Of a DNA stretch of 53,600 nt, positions 26,775 to 37,097 are shown piece after piece; positions within the stretch are counted from its first letter, which is position 1, and each line of letters begins with the position of its first letter. The notes beneath the pieces were generated by a model that had not been told where the DNA came from, did not search any database, and saw only the letters and a program-made list of their open reading frames with translations. The DNA is from Candidatus Methanomethylicia archaeon (GTDB lineage: Archaea; Thermoproteota; Methanomethylicia; Nezhaarchaeales; B40-G2), in the NCBI GenBank assembly GCA_029259155.1, contig JAPDJI010000019.1:1-53600 (forward strand). Reading direction: 5' to 3'. Position numbers and translations under genes: made by a program.

Positions 26775-28201
26775 GGCGTCGGTTTTCAGTTAGTGTAGGG
26801 GACCCTTTCCTAGATTATTTGCTTGGAGGGGCTGCGCGAGGTTATTTGATTATAGTTGCGGGTAACCCTGGTACGGGGAAGACCATTTTTTCAGCTCAGT
26901 GTGCTTATAGAAACATTTTGAGGGGGCTTAAAGCAGCTTATATTTCGTTGGCGGAGCCTCGAGAGGTTTTCCTTAGATGTATGGAAGGTCTAGGGATGAA
27001 GTTTAAGCGTTTGGAGGAAAAAGGCCTTTTTAAGTTCCTAGACCTCGCCTCCCCAACCGACCCTTCCTTTATGGATAGAATGTTGGAGGTGTCTTTGAAG
27101 GAGGTTTTAGACTTTAAGGCTGACGTGCTCGTAGTTGACTCGTTGAGCGCTTTGTTACAGCTTACTGAGAGGGAGAAGGCGAGAAGCCTTGTTCATAACC
27201 TTTTCACGAGGGTTATTAGAGCAGGCGGTGTAACTACCGTCGCCGTCGTGGAGGTTCCAAGAGGTGAGAAGAGGATAGGGTTGGGTGTAGAGGAGTTCAT
27301 TGCTGATATGGTGTTTTTCCTGGTTAGGAGGGAGATTGAGGCTAGGCTGGGTAGACAGTTGGAGGTGGTTAAGGCTAGAGGAGTGGAGGTTAAGTATCCG
27401 AGAATGCTCTACACGCTTCATGGAGGTTTCAAGACTATACCTCCCTTTAGCTTTAAGCCTCCAAGGTATGTCGAACCCTTTAAACCTATAGAGGACTTTC
27501 CAAACGCATACTCAACGGGCGTATCGGACTTAGACGCTATGCTAGGAGGTTATCCGAAACGTGGTGTTGTCCACCTTGAAATAGGGGAGAATGTGGAGGT
27601 TCCCATGTATCATCTCTTCGCGGCCACCCCTCTTGTTAACTTCATAGTTAAAGGGAGAGGAGTACTGCTCTTCCCTACTACAGGAGTAGATGCAGGGATT
27701 GTCCATAGGGCGGGGAGATCCTATGGTCTCGCTGATGAGTCTCTTCGTAAATGTGTTAGGGTAGTTCAATTAGGTCCTCCAAGCCCTGGCATGGAGGACT
27801 GGGTGGTTGAGGTAAAAGGCGCAAGTTTTAAGGAGGATTATAAGCAATGGCTTACCTCTCTGAGGACTTTACAGGAAGTCACAGGTAGTAAAGAAGTGGC
27901 AGTTTTCATCGGAGCTGATAGCGTATACCATCAATACGGCGAGGACTGTATGCATAGATTCCTAAGCCTAGAAGCTTTGAGAACAAGGATGGAAGGGGGT
28001 CTATTATTGATAGCAACAAAGCCTGGGCTTGAGTCCAGGGCGGTGAAGGCAGTGTCAAACGTAGCTGACGTACATCTTAAACTGGTTAGGAGGCGCGGCG
28101 CCTTACTTATTTATGGCCTTAAACCGAGGACGGAATTACACGCAGTGTCGGTTGATGTCTCTCAGGGCTACCCTATACCTAAGCTGACACCTATGGTTTA
28201 A
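26771..28201 (+). CDS. KaiC/RAD55/GvpD-like ATPase, two RecA-fold domains (second degenerate)
   Basis: GNPGTGKT, VVDSL, EEFIAD, VVKARG; second domain begins YSTGVSDLDAMLGG and lacks Walker A. Confidence 0.85.
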   Translation: MRRRFSVSVGDPFLDYLLGGAARGYLIIVAGNPGTGKTIFSAQCAYRNILRGLKAAYISLAEPREVFLRCMEGLGMKFKRLEEKGLFKFLDLASPTDPSFMDRMLEVSLKEVLDFKADVLVVDSLSALLQLTEREKARSLVHNLFTRVIRAGGVTTVAVVEVPRGEKRIGLGVEEFIADMVFFLVRREIEARLGRQLEVVKARGVEVKYPRMLYTLHGGFKTIPPFSFKPPRYVEPFKPIEDFPNAYSTGVSDLDAMLGGYPKRGVVHLEIGENVEVPMYHLFAATPLVNFIVKGRGVLLFPTTGVDAGIVHRAGRSYGLADESLRKCVRVVQLGPPSPGMEDWVVEVKGASFKEDYKQWLTSLRTLQEVTGSKEVAVFIGADSVYHQYGEDCMHRFLSLEALRTRMEGGLLLIATKPGLESRAVKAVSNVADVHLKLVRRRGALLIYGLKPRTELHAVSVDVSQGYPIPKLTPMV

Positions 28202-28887
28202 CTTCTCCTTAAAACTTCCACTTTATCGGGGTAGCCTACATACACTATGTCAGCCAGCCCAGTGAAGATGCCGACCTCAACGACACCTGGTATGCGTTTA
28301 ATCTCCTCTTCAAGCTTTGCTGGATACTGGATGGGTTGGAACTCAACATCTAGGATGAAGTTTCCATTATCGGTGACGACAGGTCCATCTTTAACTTCCC
28401 CAGCCATTCTAAGCTTAGGCTCTCCTCCAAGCTCCTTGAGTTTCCCTGCCACGTACGTATAGGCGAAGGGTAAAACCTCTACGGGTATGGGTTTAGTTTC
28501 ACCTAGCCTCCTGACCAGCTTAGAGGAGTCTACTATAATTGCTAACAACTTTGCTGCTGAGTCTATTACTTTCTCGCGTGTTAAAGCCGCCCCCATGCCT
28601 TTAACTAAGTTTAAAGACATATCTACTTCGTCAGCTCCATCCACCGCTAAGTCTATTCTCTGCGCTTCGTCGAGCGTGGTTAAGGGTAGTCCTTTTTCTA
28701 AGGCTTTAAGGTATGCTTGATAGGAGGTAGGGATACCCTTAATCCTTAATCCTTCTTTGGCCTTCTCTCCGAGGGCCTCGATGAAGTAAGCTACGGTAGA
28801 GCCTGTGCCTAAGCCTATGACCATGCCGTCTTTCACGAGTTCTAAAGCAGCTAGGGCTGCTTTACGTTTAGCTTCCTCTACGTTCAT
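28198..28887 (-). CDS. rpiA: Ribose-5-phosphate isomerase A
   Basis: GLGTGST, DGADEVD, KGMGAALTREK, TDNGNFILD. Confidence 0.97.
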   Translation of the reverse strand: MNVEEAKRKAALAALELVKDGMVIGLGTGSTVAYFIEALGEKAKEGLRIKGIPTSYQAYLKALEKGLPLTTLDEAQRIDLAVDGADEVDMSLNLVKGMGAALTREKVIDSAAKLLAIIVDSSKLVRRLGETKPIPVEVLPFAYTYVAGKLKELGGEPKLRMAGEVKDGPVVTDNGNFILDVEFQPIQYPAKLEEEIKRIPGVVEVGIFTGLADIVYVGYPDKVEVLRRS

Positions 28888-29095
28888 CGAGCCTTAGCGC
28901 ACGGGACGCTTAATAAACCTTGCCACGATGTGGGTTGATATCAACGGCGGTAGCAGTATAGTTGTAAGGGCTAGGATGGGAGTTGAAGCTAGGAGTAGTG
29001 GTTTGAACGATACTGAGGAGCCAAGAGCGGTCGAGACCAAGGAGGTTGACCTGAACATAAAGCAGCCTTTAAGAATTCGCCGCGGCGACCAGCCC

Positions 29096-29680
29096 TTAGG
29101 TAAGTAGCCAAGAGGGATAGGGGGTTAGGTAGATGAGACCTAACAGGAGACAGGCGAGGAGACCAGTAGCTATGACAGCTACCTCTAGGCAGCTAGTTAA
29201 GGCTTCGTAGACCTGCTTGGATGCTTGGAGAGCTTCTATGAGTGGATATAGGGCTAGACGCATTGATCCTTTAAGAGCTTCATTATCGGCTATCGCCTCG
29301 GCCACGTAGGGGCTCCCCATTTCTGTCGTTGTCTAGGTAGAGCCCCGCCTCGGGGTCGTATCGTAGCGTAGAGAAGTTTATGGTACACCCCTCTTCGCTG
29401 GCTGTGTAAAGAACATAGTTAGGGTTCCTATAGTCGTTCCAGGGAAGCCCGTCGCTATCGGCATCGGAGCTAGGATTAGGGTTGTCAGCCACTCTACCGT
29501 GGTCTGTGGTTGCGAAGTAGCAGCAAGGAGGGACTCGTAGAAAACTATGTACTTAACCCCCCTTCAACACTGAGGAATACTTGGCGAAGACTAAAGCTGA
29601 TATGACGCCGCCGTAGGAGGAGCCGTATAGACCCACGTCGTTGGTGAGAACTTCATAGTCTACGTAGTCTCCCCAGCAGC
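29096..29680 (-). pseudogene. Remnant of a secreted alpha/beta hydrolase with CFI-box-CTERM-like anchor
   Basis: NDVGLYGSSYGGVISA nucleophile elbow near 29600-29650; frameshifted fragments; C-terminal SPYVAEAI...LALYPLI...GLIYLTP. Confidence 0.55.
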
Positions 29681-29893
29681 TTCACATGGAACCCAGAAGT
29701 ACACATAGCTACACTTATCGAGTATGTATGGGCCGTACTCGACGTTGTTGATAGAGCTGGAAGCTGAGGATGAAGGTGATATATACGTGGAGAAGATTAA
29801 CGTGAAAGTTAAGGCTAGTAGGACATAGACGAACCGCGTCCTCAGATCTTACCACCACTATCTATTGGCAGGCTATAAGCTGTTAATAGATCC

Positions 29894-30193
29894 TTAAGTT
29901 AAGGTTTCCACGCAGTGAATCTCGTCTCTATACCTACGTATAAACCTTGGACACTTGGCGCACTCGGAAGTCAACACCACGTTGCTGTCCTCAGGGCACA
30001 CCAGCACTTCGAGATCTATGACCCTATATCTCTCAGGGTCAGGGTTAGAGCCCTGCAGCTTCATAAAGTCCTCTAGAATGATAGGAGGAGCGAGAAAATC
30101 TTGGAGATCTACTACGACGCTGAGCCTCCTAATCTTCGTCCTTCTAACCTCTCTCAACTTTCCCTTCCCTTTGAGGAGAGTATCTTGAGCCAT
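29894..30193 (-). CDS. Arcadin-1-like protein
   Basis: Third gene of the crenactin operon; ILEDFMKL...YRVIDLEV plus Cys-rich tail; call rests mainly on synteny. Confidence 0.5.
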   Translation of the reverse strand: MAQDTLLKGKGKLREVRRTKIRRLSVVVDLQDFLAPPIILEDFMKLQGSNPDPERYRVIDLEVLVCPEDSNVVLTSECAKCPRFIRRYRDEIHCVETLT

Positions 30194-30876
30194 GGATTAT
30201 CCTTAAAGAAGGAGGGGAGTCCTTCATCCGCAACGGTAACACCAGGCTCTAATCCAGGCTCCTTAACACTAACCGCTGGCATCTTAACGCGTTTTAGGCT
30301 TACAAGTACCTCCTCTAAGGCGTTAACCTTAGCTAAGATGCCGCTCAGCGTGGCGTCAAGCCTCCTGAGGGATTTGGAGATATTATCCTTTAATGCTTCG
30401 ACTTCTAACTCTAACCTCGTAATCCTTTCGGTAAGGCTCTCTACCCCTTCACTCCTAGCCTCTTCTGCCTCTAAAGCATCAATTCTCTCCTCTAGCCTCA
30501 TTAACCTACGCCTAAGATCTTCACCGATGATCGGTTGACTACGCTTCTTGGCTGGAGCAGCTTCTACCACATTTTCTCCCACGACTATTAAGCCTACACC
30601 GAGCTCAACGAAGACTGAAGCATCTAAGACTGTGGCTATTAGCTTAGGAGCGGCTACATAAACGAGGTCGAAGTTTTCTCCTCTGGAGGCTTTCATAAGC
30701 CTCTTGATCAGCTCTCCTCTTAGCTTAACGGCTTCCTCATCAATAATGAATACTGCAACCCTCTCATCCCCCTTCTCAAAGGCTAAGCCAAGCCCACCTT
30801 GTAGAGGCATGGAGACCTCTACGTATCCTCTAGAGGAGAAGTATCTCCTTAAAGTGTCGAGAAACGGCCTAGTCAT
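30154..30876 (-). CDS. Arcadin-2-like protein
   Basis: Directly downstream of crenactin; coiled coil; C-terminal FFKDNPWLKILSSK resembles the crenactin-binding tail of Pyrobaculum arcadin-2. Confidence 0.75.
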   Translation of the reverse strand: MTRPFLDTLRRYFSSRGYVEVSMPLQGGLGLAFEKGDERVAVFIIDEEAVKLRGELIKRLMKASRGENFDLVYVAAPKLIATVLDASVFVELGVGLIVVGENVVEAAPAKKRSQPIIGEDLRRRLMRLEERIDALEAEEARSEGVESLTERITRLELEVEALKDNISKSLRRLDATLSGILAKVNALEEVLVSLKRVKMPAVSVKEPGLEPGVTVADEGLPSFFKDNPWLKILSSKGRES

Positions 30877-32140
30877 GTATCCTTAGCCATCCCTCCATAT
30901 TATCCCAAGACCAAGTATAATCTTCAGGTACAGCATAGCCATAGATGATGCAGCCTCTCCACACGCTAAATTTAGGTTCAGGAGCAACTTCTACAGTCAC
31001 GTTCTCCACGCCTTTCTCAGCTAACAGTAACTTAAGCTTCGTCGCTGAGTCTACTGCGACTTCTCTAAATTGTGGAGGAGCTCTCCAGTGAAAGTTGCCT
31101 CCAGAGAGGAGGACTTTGCCGTAAAGATAGGGTTGCAGCTCGATGGGACATTTCTCCACAGATTCTATCACAGACTCACCTAGATCTAACATGCCTCTAA
31201 AGAGTATTTCTCCAACCTTCACGTCCTTAGGCTTTGGCATGCCTCTCTTGAAGTAGCTCTTGAAGATTTCATGTTTAGGGTTGAATACGTATTCACCTAT
31301 AAGGAACCTTGCCCAAGACTCCTTGCCTAGATCAACCTCTATCCTTGTTCCCGGAACTCTATACTTGGCCCTAAAAAGCTCGGGTTTTTGCTTAGCGACC
31401 TCCACTGCTTCGTCGAGCTTCCTCGGAACTAGACCGAGCGCTTCCTTAATTCTCCTGACGAGGGCTTCCTCCTTGGCTATGTCACTATAACCTGCATCGT
31501 AAAGTATCTGGCTAGTTAAAGCATCCGCGTCGCTGCCTCCACGGTTTAACACCACCATAGCTCCCTTCACCGGGTACCTGGAGATAGGACACACTTGCGT
31601 GTTTCCGTGGCCGCTTTCTATCACTATGCATGTAGGTACCTTGTGAGCAATAGCTACGGCCAGTGGTTGAGGTATAATGGTCACCGCCTTAATGAGCTTC
31701 GTTTCCTCATCGATTTTTCTATGAATTTCGAAGATCTTCTCATACATGTAACGTGGAGCAATGGCTGATAAAGCGGCGCATACATAAAATCCTTTAAAGT
31801 CAGGGTCACTCTGCCTAAAAAAGTCTAAGCCGTACCTGGTTATCTCGTAAATCACCTTCCAAGCCTTTTCATCCCCCCTATCTACAACCCCTTTTCTCAT
31901 GGGATAAACGAGGTGCGACGTCAGTTCTTCCCTTGAGCCTAAGTGTACGGCTAGGTCTTTACCTACTATGACGTCCTTCTTGACACCCATGAGCTTAAAC
32001 ATGATGGATGACGTATCTGGGAAATAACCCCTATTCTCAATTACCTCCGGCCTCTCCCCCAGAGTTATAGGGCCAAACTTGTAGTCACTAGTCCCATAAT
32101 CCTCACCGAACGTATACTTACGCTTGTAAACTTCGCTCAA
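30869..32140 (-). CDS. Crenactin (archaeal actin homolog)
   Basis: GEDYGTSDYKFG (phosphate 1), YPMRKGVV, IPQPLAVA, IESGHGNTQVCPI (phosphate 2), LLSGGNF, FSVWRGC. Confidence 0.93.
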   Translation of the reverse strand: MSEVYKRKYTFGEDYGTSDYKFGPITLGERPEVIENRGYFPDTSSIMFKLMGVKKDVIVGKDLAVHLGSREELTSHLVYPMRKGVVDRGDEKAWKVIYEITRYGLDFFRQSDPDFKGFYVCAALSAIAPRYMYEKIFEIHRKIDEETKLIKAVTIIPQPLAVAIAHKVPTCIVIESGHGNTQVCPISRYPVKGAMVVLNRGGSDADALTSQILYDAGYSDIAKEEALVRRIKEALGLVPRKLDEAVEVAKQKPELFRAKYRVPGTRIEVDLGKESWARFLIGEYVFNPKHEIFKSYFKRGMPKPKDVKVGEILFRGMLDLGESVIESVEKCPIELQPYLYGKVLLSGGNFHWRAPPQFREVAVDSATKLKLLLAEKGVENVTVEVAPEPKFSVWRGCIIYGYAVPEDYTWSWDNMEGWLRIHD

Positions 32141-32269
32141 AACTATGCCTCCCTTCCAACAAGGAGCTTTGGAATTAAACGATTTAAACCTATCTAAAAG
32201 CTGCTTCTGCTCTTTTAGAACTATTTATACTATATGAAACGATGCTCAACGTAAAGCTAAAAGCGTTAA

Positions 32270-32581
32270 GTGAGCTTCGATAAGCGGGGTTGGGGGTTGG
32301 CCAAGCTTAAAGCTTCGCTTACCCGCCTTGTTAAGCTTAGTTTAGACCCCATGGAGCTTATTGACGACTCTGTAGCGTATAAGAAGTTACAGGACTTAGC
32401 TTCTAAGCCGATGGAGGTTTCAGTGGATGTTGAACAGGTTTTCGTTAGAGCCACGAAGGTTGGCGACCAAGTAGCCGTAGTGGCTAGGGGTTGGTCTTTA
32501 ACGCCTGCCGTGACCATCATTATGACTAGAGATGAAGCTTTTAAGTTCATCGAAGAGCTCTCGGCAGTACTTAAGAAGTAA
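32270..32581 (+). CDS. Hypothetical protein divergent from crenactin (possible further arcade-cluster member)
   Basis: Clean 103-aa ORF sharing the intergenic promoter region with crenactin. Confidence 0.55.
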   Translation: MSFDKRGWGLAKLKASLTRLVKLSLDPMELIDDSVAYKKLQDLASKPMEVSVDVEQVFVRATKVGDQVAVVARGWSLTPAVTIIMTRDEAFKFIEELSAVLKK

Positions 32582-32622
32582 AGTAGGTTCTCGAAGAGGT
32601 GATGTAATCTTGTCTTCGGGGT

Positions 32623-33606
32623 CTAGGTGTATAGGTGGCAAGCTACGAAGTGTTCCTTAACAGCTTCTACTAAGCCTGGCTCCTCCGCTTTACACTTATC
32701 CATGGCATAGACGCATCGTGTATGGAACCTACAGCCTGAAGGCAAGTCTACCGGGCTGGCTACCTCTCCTATGATAGGGATTTCACCGATTTTTACCCTA
32801 GGGTCAGGGACAGGTACGGCGGCCAATAGAGCTTTGGTGTACGGATGCAGCGGATTGTCTATGATTTCTTCAACTTTTCCCATTTCCACTATCTTGCCTA
32901 AATACATTACAGCTATACGGTCGCAGAAGTACTTTGCCACTGCTAGGTCATGGGTTATGAAGAGGTAGGTTAGCCCATACTTGTCCTTTAGGTCTAACAT
33001 GATGTTTAATATTTCAGCTCTGATGGAGAGGTCTAACATGGAGACAGGTTCATCGGCTACTATGAACTCGGGATTTAATATGAGAGCTCTTGCTATCGCT
33101 ACTCTTTGCCTCTGGCCTCCGCTGAGCTCATGTGGATATCGATGCATGAAGTCGTCTGGCGGCACTAGCTTTACGTCTTCTAAGGCCTTAGCTACTGAGG
33201 CTTCTACCTCTTCTTCGCTGCTTACAGCTTTATGAACCCTTAAGGGCTCGGCTACCACATCCCTTATCAGCATCCTTGGGTTTATGGATTCATATGGGTC
33301 TTGGAATATCATCTGCATTTTCCTGCGCAACATTCTAAGCTTAGAGCCACTGTACTTCAGAAGGTCCTCTCCTCTATAGAGGATTTTTCCTGAGGTAGGC
33401 TCTATGAGTCTAAGGATGAGGCGACCCGTTGTGGTCTTGCCACAACCTGACTCGCCTACGAGGCCGAAGATCTCTCCCTCCTTTACCTGGAAGCTTACCC
33501 CATCTACTGCCTTAACGTATCGTTTGGGCTGCCTACTGATTAACGGTAATCTTACGGTCCTTACCTCGAAATACTTTTTCAAGTCTTCAACTGTTATTAG
33601 TTCCAT
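32623..33606 (-). CDS. oppF: Oligopeptide/dipeptide ABC transporter ATPase
   Basis: [33 protein letters not shown]. Confidence 0.93.
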   Translation of the reverse strand: MELITVEDLKKYFEVRTVRLPLISRQPKRYVKAVDGVSFQVKEGEIFGLVGESGCGKTTTGRLILRLIEPTSGKILYRGEDLLKYSGSKLRMLRRKMQMIFQDPYESINPRMLIRDVVAEPLRVHKAVSSEEEVEASVAKALEDVKLVPPDDFMHRYPHELSGGQRQRVAIARALILNPEFIVADEPVSMLDLSIRAEILNIMLDLKDKYGLTYLFITHDLAVAKYFCDRIAVMYLGKIVEMGKVEEIIDNPLHPYTKALLAAVPVPDPRVKIGEIPIIGEVASPVDLPSGCRFHTRCVYAMDKCKAEEPGLVEAVKEHFVACHLYT

Positions 33607-34565
33607 AGCTCACCAGCCCTATGGCATGCAACCATTACTCCATCGACCTCCTGCATAGTAGGCTCCTCTTTACTGCAGATTTCGATGGCGTATGGACAAC
33701 GTGGATGAAATCTGCAGCCTGGTGGAGGCTCTAATAGGTCAGGTGGGGCTCCTGGTATGAACTCTAGTCTTCTCTTTTTGCCTTTAACGCTAGGCATGGC
33801 TCCTAGTAGCTTATAAGTGTAGGGATGTCGAGGCTTATAATACACTTCGTTCGTGGAGCCATACTCAACTATTTTCCCAGCATACATTACAGCTACTTTA
33901 TCGCATAGCTCAGCCACTATGCTTAGATCATGAGTAACCAGTAGCGTTGAGATGCCCACTTGCTGCTGTATGTCTCTGATCAGTTTGAGCACTTGGGCTT
34001 GAACTATCACGTCCAAAGCGGTTGTCGGTTCGTCGGCTATGAGTAAGGCTGGATTACAAGCTAAAGCCATAGCTATCATGGCTCGTTGCCTCATCCCGCC
34101 GCTAAACTCGTGAGGATAGTGGTTTACCCGGCTGGGGTCTATGCCTACCAGCTTCAATAGTTGCTTAACTCTTTCAATAGCTTCCTTTTTGCTTACATTC
34201 TCATGTATCATTATGGCTTCTGCTATCTGGTCTCCTATCTTCATAACCGGGTTGAGCGCGTTCATGGCTCCTTGAAATACCATAGATATCTTCTTCCACC
34301 TAACCTCCTTACGGAATTGTTCCTCTGGTATGGATAGTACATCGCGCCCTTCCAGTATTACTTTGCCTCCAAGGATTCTTGCGTTGTAAGGTAAAATCCT
34401 GAGTATTGTAATCCCTAAGCTGCTTTTACCGCAGCCTGATTCACCCACCAATCCTAGTGCTTCTCCTTTATCTATATGGAAGCTTACTCTGTCCACTGCT
34501 TTAACCCAACCTCTCCTCTCGATGAGGTAATACATTGTCAGTTCCTGTACGTCTAAGAGGTGCAC
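33597..34565 (-). CDS. oppD: Oligopeptide/dipeptide ABC transporter ATPase
   Basis: [34 protein letters not shown]. Confidence 0.93.
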   Translation of the reverse strand: MHLLDVQELTMYYLIERRGWVKAVDRVSFHIDKGEALGLVGESGCGKSSLGITILRILPYNARILGGKVILEGRDVLSIPEEQFRKEVRWKKISMVFQGAMNALNPVMKIGDQIAEAIMIHENVSKKEAIERVKQLLKLVGIDPSRVNHYPHEFSGGMRQRAMIAMALACNPALLIADEPTTALDVIVQAQVLKLIRDIQQQVGISTLLVTHDLSIVAELCDKVAVMYAGKIVEYGSTNEVYYKPRHPYTYKLLGAMPSVKGKKRRLEFIPGAPPDLLEPPPGCRFHPRCPYAIEICSKEEPTMQEVDGVMVACHRAGELWN

Positions 34566-36067
34566 TATCTCCTCCTCCTTAACCTAGGATTTAAGATTTC
34601 GTCGATAGCGTAGCCTATCAGGATGAAGGACAACGAGATTAGAGCTATGCCTACTCCTGGAGGTATAACCCACCATAGATCTACGTAGGCCCCGTAGTAG
34701 TGGACGTCATGCAGCATTCTTCCCCAGGACATGACGAAGGGGTCGCCGAACCCTAAGAAGCTTAGGGCTGCCTCAGCTACTATGGCTGAAGGGACCGATA
34801 GAGCTAAGGTCACATAAACTAACGATACCACGTTAGGTATGATGTGCTTGGTTATAATGTGTAGGCTTCCAGCACCTATTGCTCGAGCAGCCTCGACGAA
34901 AGGCCTCTCCTTTAAGCTTAAGACTTGAGACCTTATAACACGGGCGAAGCTCATCCACCCTAAGAGGCCTAGGATCAGTATTATTATCCATATGTTAGAG
35001 CCGAAGAGGGCTACTAGCACCAATAGCAGTGGCAAGTATGGTAGTACAAGTAGAAGGTCTGTGAACCTCATTAAGATTTCGTCCACCGCTTTTCCGAAGT
35101 ACCCTGCGACTACGCCTACCGCTAAGCCAGCTATGACTGCGATTGTTGAGGCTAATAGGCCTACGAGCAGTGATATTCTCGTGCCCTGGACGAACTGGGA
35201 CCAGATATCCCTACCGAAAAAGTCTGTTCCTAGTAAGCCAAAGGCCTCTCCAAAGAGCTTTATGTCTATCTGATCGATGTAGACCTCTGCTTCACAGGTT
35301 TCTCCTTCATCCAATATTTCTATCTCTACTTCTAGGAGATAGTTTCCTTTGCTGTCGAAGATCACTTCAGCTGGATCCTTCTGGGTGGTCTGGAATAGCC
35401 TCATGCGTAGCTCAGCTTGCCTTGAATCTATGTAGGGTGTAGAGGCGGTCCATCTATCTTGCCTCAGCCCTTCCTCCCAGATAGTGTACCTTTCTCCATC
35501 ATCGTCAACTATGTACACCCTTACTGTTGCTGGGCTTTCAGTCGGTGAAGAGTACTTCACGGCTACGAAAGCTTTGAAATGTGCTGGTGGACTCGAGTAG
35601 ATGTATTCGAAGGGGATAGTTAGTCTTAATTTGACAGGCCCTAGAGCTTCACCTGTCGTCCTATGATAGACTGCATATATGACGCCGGGGTCTCTATAAC
35701 CTTCACCATCCATATAGCTTACCGTGAAGGGAGCGTAGCTAGGATCTAAGGTTATCAAGAATGTGTCAAAGCTTTCAGGGCTTGTCAAGCCAGGATCGCT
35801 TATGGGGAAGTAGTTTTCACTCAGATCGGGATAAGCTAGCTGCTTCAACCATACTGGCTTGGCTCTATAACCTGCTAGGTCGGTGTCTAGGATGGGGTCA
35901 TATGGAGCCAATAGTGGAGCAGAAGCTGCTAGCACTATGAAGAATAAAAGTATAGCTAAGCCAAGTAGCCCTTTACGGCTTGTCTTGAAGAGGCTCCAAA
36001 ACTCCTTCGCTCTACGCTTGTACAGCCACGCTTTGCTCCACTTAGCTTTTTTTGTCATACAGCTCAC
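34565..36067 (-). CDS. oppC: Oligopeptide ABC permease with large extracytoplasmic insertion
   Basis: LAPYDP...long insert...LLGTDFFGRD; FVEAARAIGA; EAALSFLG. Confidence 0.9.
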   Translation of the reverse strand: MSCMTKKAKWSKAWLYKRRAKEFWSLFKTSRKGLLGLAILLFFIVLAASAPLLAPYDPILDTDLAGYRAKPVWLKQLAYPDLSENYFPISDPGLTSPESFDTFLITLDPSYAPFTVSYMDGEGYRDPGVIYAVYHRTTGEALGPVKLRLTIPFEYIYSSPPAHFKAFVAVKYSSPTESPATVRVYIVDDDGERYTIWEEGLRQDRWTASTPYIDSRQAELRMRLFQTTQKDPAEVIFDSKGNYLLEVEIEILDEGETCEAEVYIDQIDIKLFGEAFGLLGTDFFGRDIWSQFVQGTRISLLVGLLASTIAVIAGLAVGVVAGYFGKAVDEILMRFTDLLLVLPYLPLLLVLVALFGSNIWIIILILGLLGWMSFARVIRSQVLSLKERPFVEAARAIGAGSLHIITKHIIPNVVSLVYVTLALSVPSAIVAEAALSFLGFGDPFVMSWGRMLHDVHYYGAYVDLWWVIPPGVGIALISLSFILIGYAIDEILNPRLRRRR

Positions 36068-36068
36068 C

Positions 36069-37040
36069 TCAGTACTTAATCCTAGGATCTATGAAGCCGT
36101 AGATGATGTCGGCGATGAAGTTAGCGAGTATGACGGCTAACGCGAAGATGTAAAAGCATGCTTGGAGTACAGGGTAGTCGTATCTTAGTACGGCCATCCA
36201 TATCAGGTACCCCATGCCCTCATACGTGAAGATCTGCTCCGTGATGATGGCGCCTCCTATCACCTGGGCTAGCCAGATCGCTGCTGTGGTAACTATTGGA
36301 AGTAGGGCGTTTCGCAGCGCATGTTTAATTAGCACCGATCTACTGCTGAGGCCCTTTGCCTTGGCTGTTAGGATGTAGTCTTCCGTCAAGGTTTCGAGGA
36401 CCGCGCTTCTAGCAAGCAAGGCGAAGGTGCCATAGAAGAAGAGGAAGAGGGTTAAGCCTGGTAGTGTAAGGTGCCAAAGCCGGTCTAAGACTTGCGACCA
36501 GAATTCAGGTGGTGGCGGTCTACTAATAGCACCTGCAAGAGGAAAAGCTCTTAGCTGGACGCCGAAGATTAGTAAGAGCATCATCCCTGTCCAGAAAGTA
36601 GGTAGAGCTGTGGTTAAGAGCGAGAAAGTTATTGAACCTACGTCGAAACGCCGACCTCTCTTATAAGCAGCTACCGCTCCTATAATAGTACCTATAATTA
36701 TTGCGAAGATAGTAGATACCCCTAATAGTACGATGGTATTAGGAAGTCTTTCCATGATTAGGTCAGCTACCGGTCTTCCACCGTAGTAGTAGGAGTAGCC
36801 GAAGTTAAAGGTGAGCATGGATTGTAGATACCTGACATACCTTACGTGGAGCGGCTGGTCGAGTCCGAACATCTTGATAACTATTTGCACCTGGTCTGGC
36901 CTAAGCCTAAGCGATGACGCAAGTAGAGCAACAGGATCGCCGGGCATAGCTACGAAAAGTATGAAGTTTAAGGTTAAGACGAGCAGTAGAAGGATTAAGG
37001 TGTACATTGATCGCCTAACTATGTAAGCTAGGAGACCCAT
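36069..37040 (-). CDS. oppB: Oligopeptide ABC permease
   Basis: MPGDP, FGLDQPL, EDYILTAKAKGL, DYPVLQ, DPRIKY. Confidence 0.93.
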   Translation of the reverse strand: MGLLAYIVRRSMYTLILLLLVLTLNFILFVAMPGDPVALLASSLRLRPDQVQIVIKMFGLDQPLHVRYVRYLQSMLTFNFGYSYYYGGRPVADLIMERLPNTIVLLGVSTIFAIIIGTIIGAVAAYKRGRRFDVGSITFSLLTTALPTFWTGMMLLLIFGVQLRAFPLAGAISRPPPPEFWSQVLDRLWHLTLPGLTLFLFFYGTFALLARSAVLETLTEDYILTAKAKGLSSRSVLIKHALRNALLPIVTTAAIWLAQVIGGAIITEQIFTYEGMGYLIWMAVLRYDYPVLQACFYIFALAVILANFIADIIYGFIDPRIKY

Positions 37041-37097
37041 GCTCTACCACATTAACCTTGTCTCTCACAGCGGAGAGGAAAAAATAGGGAGTGTAAA

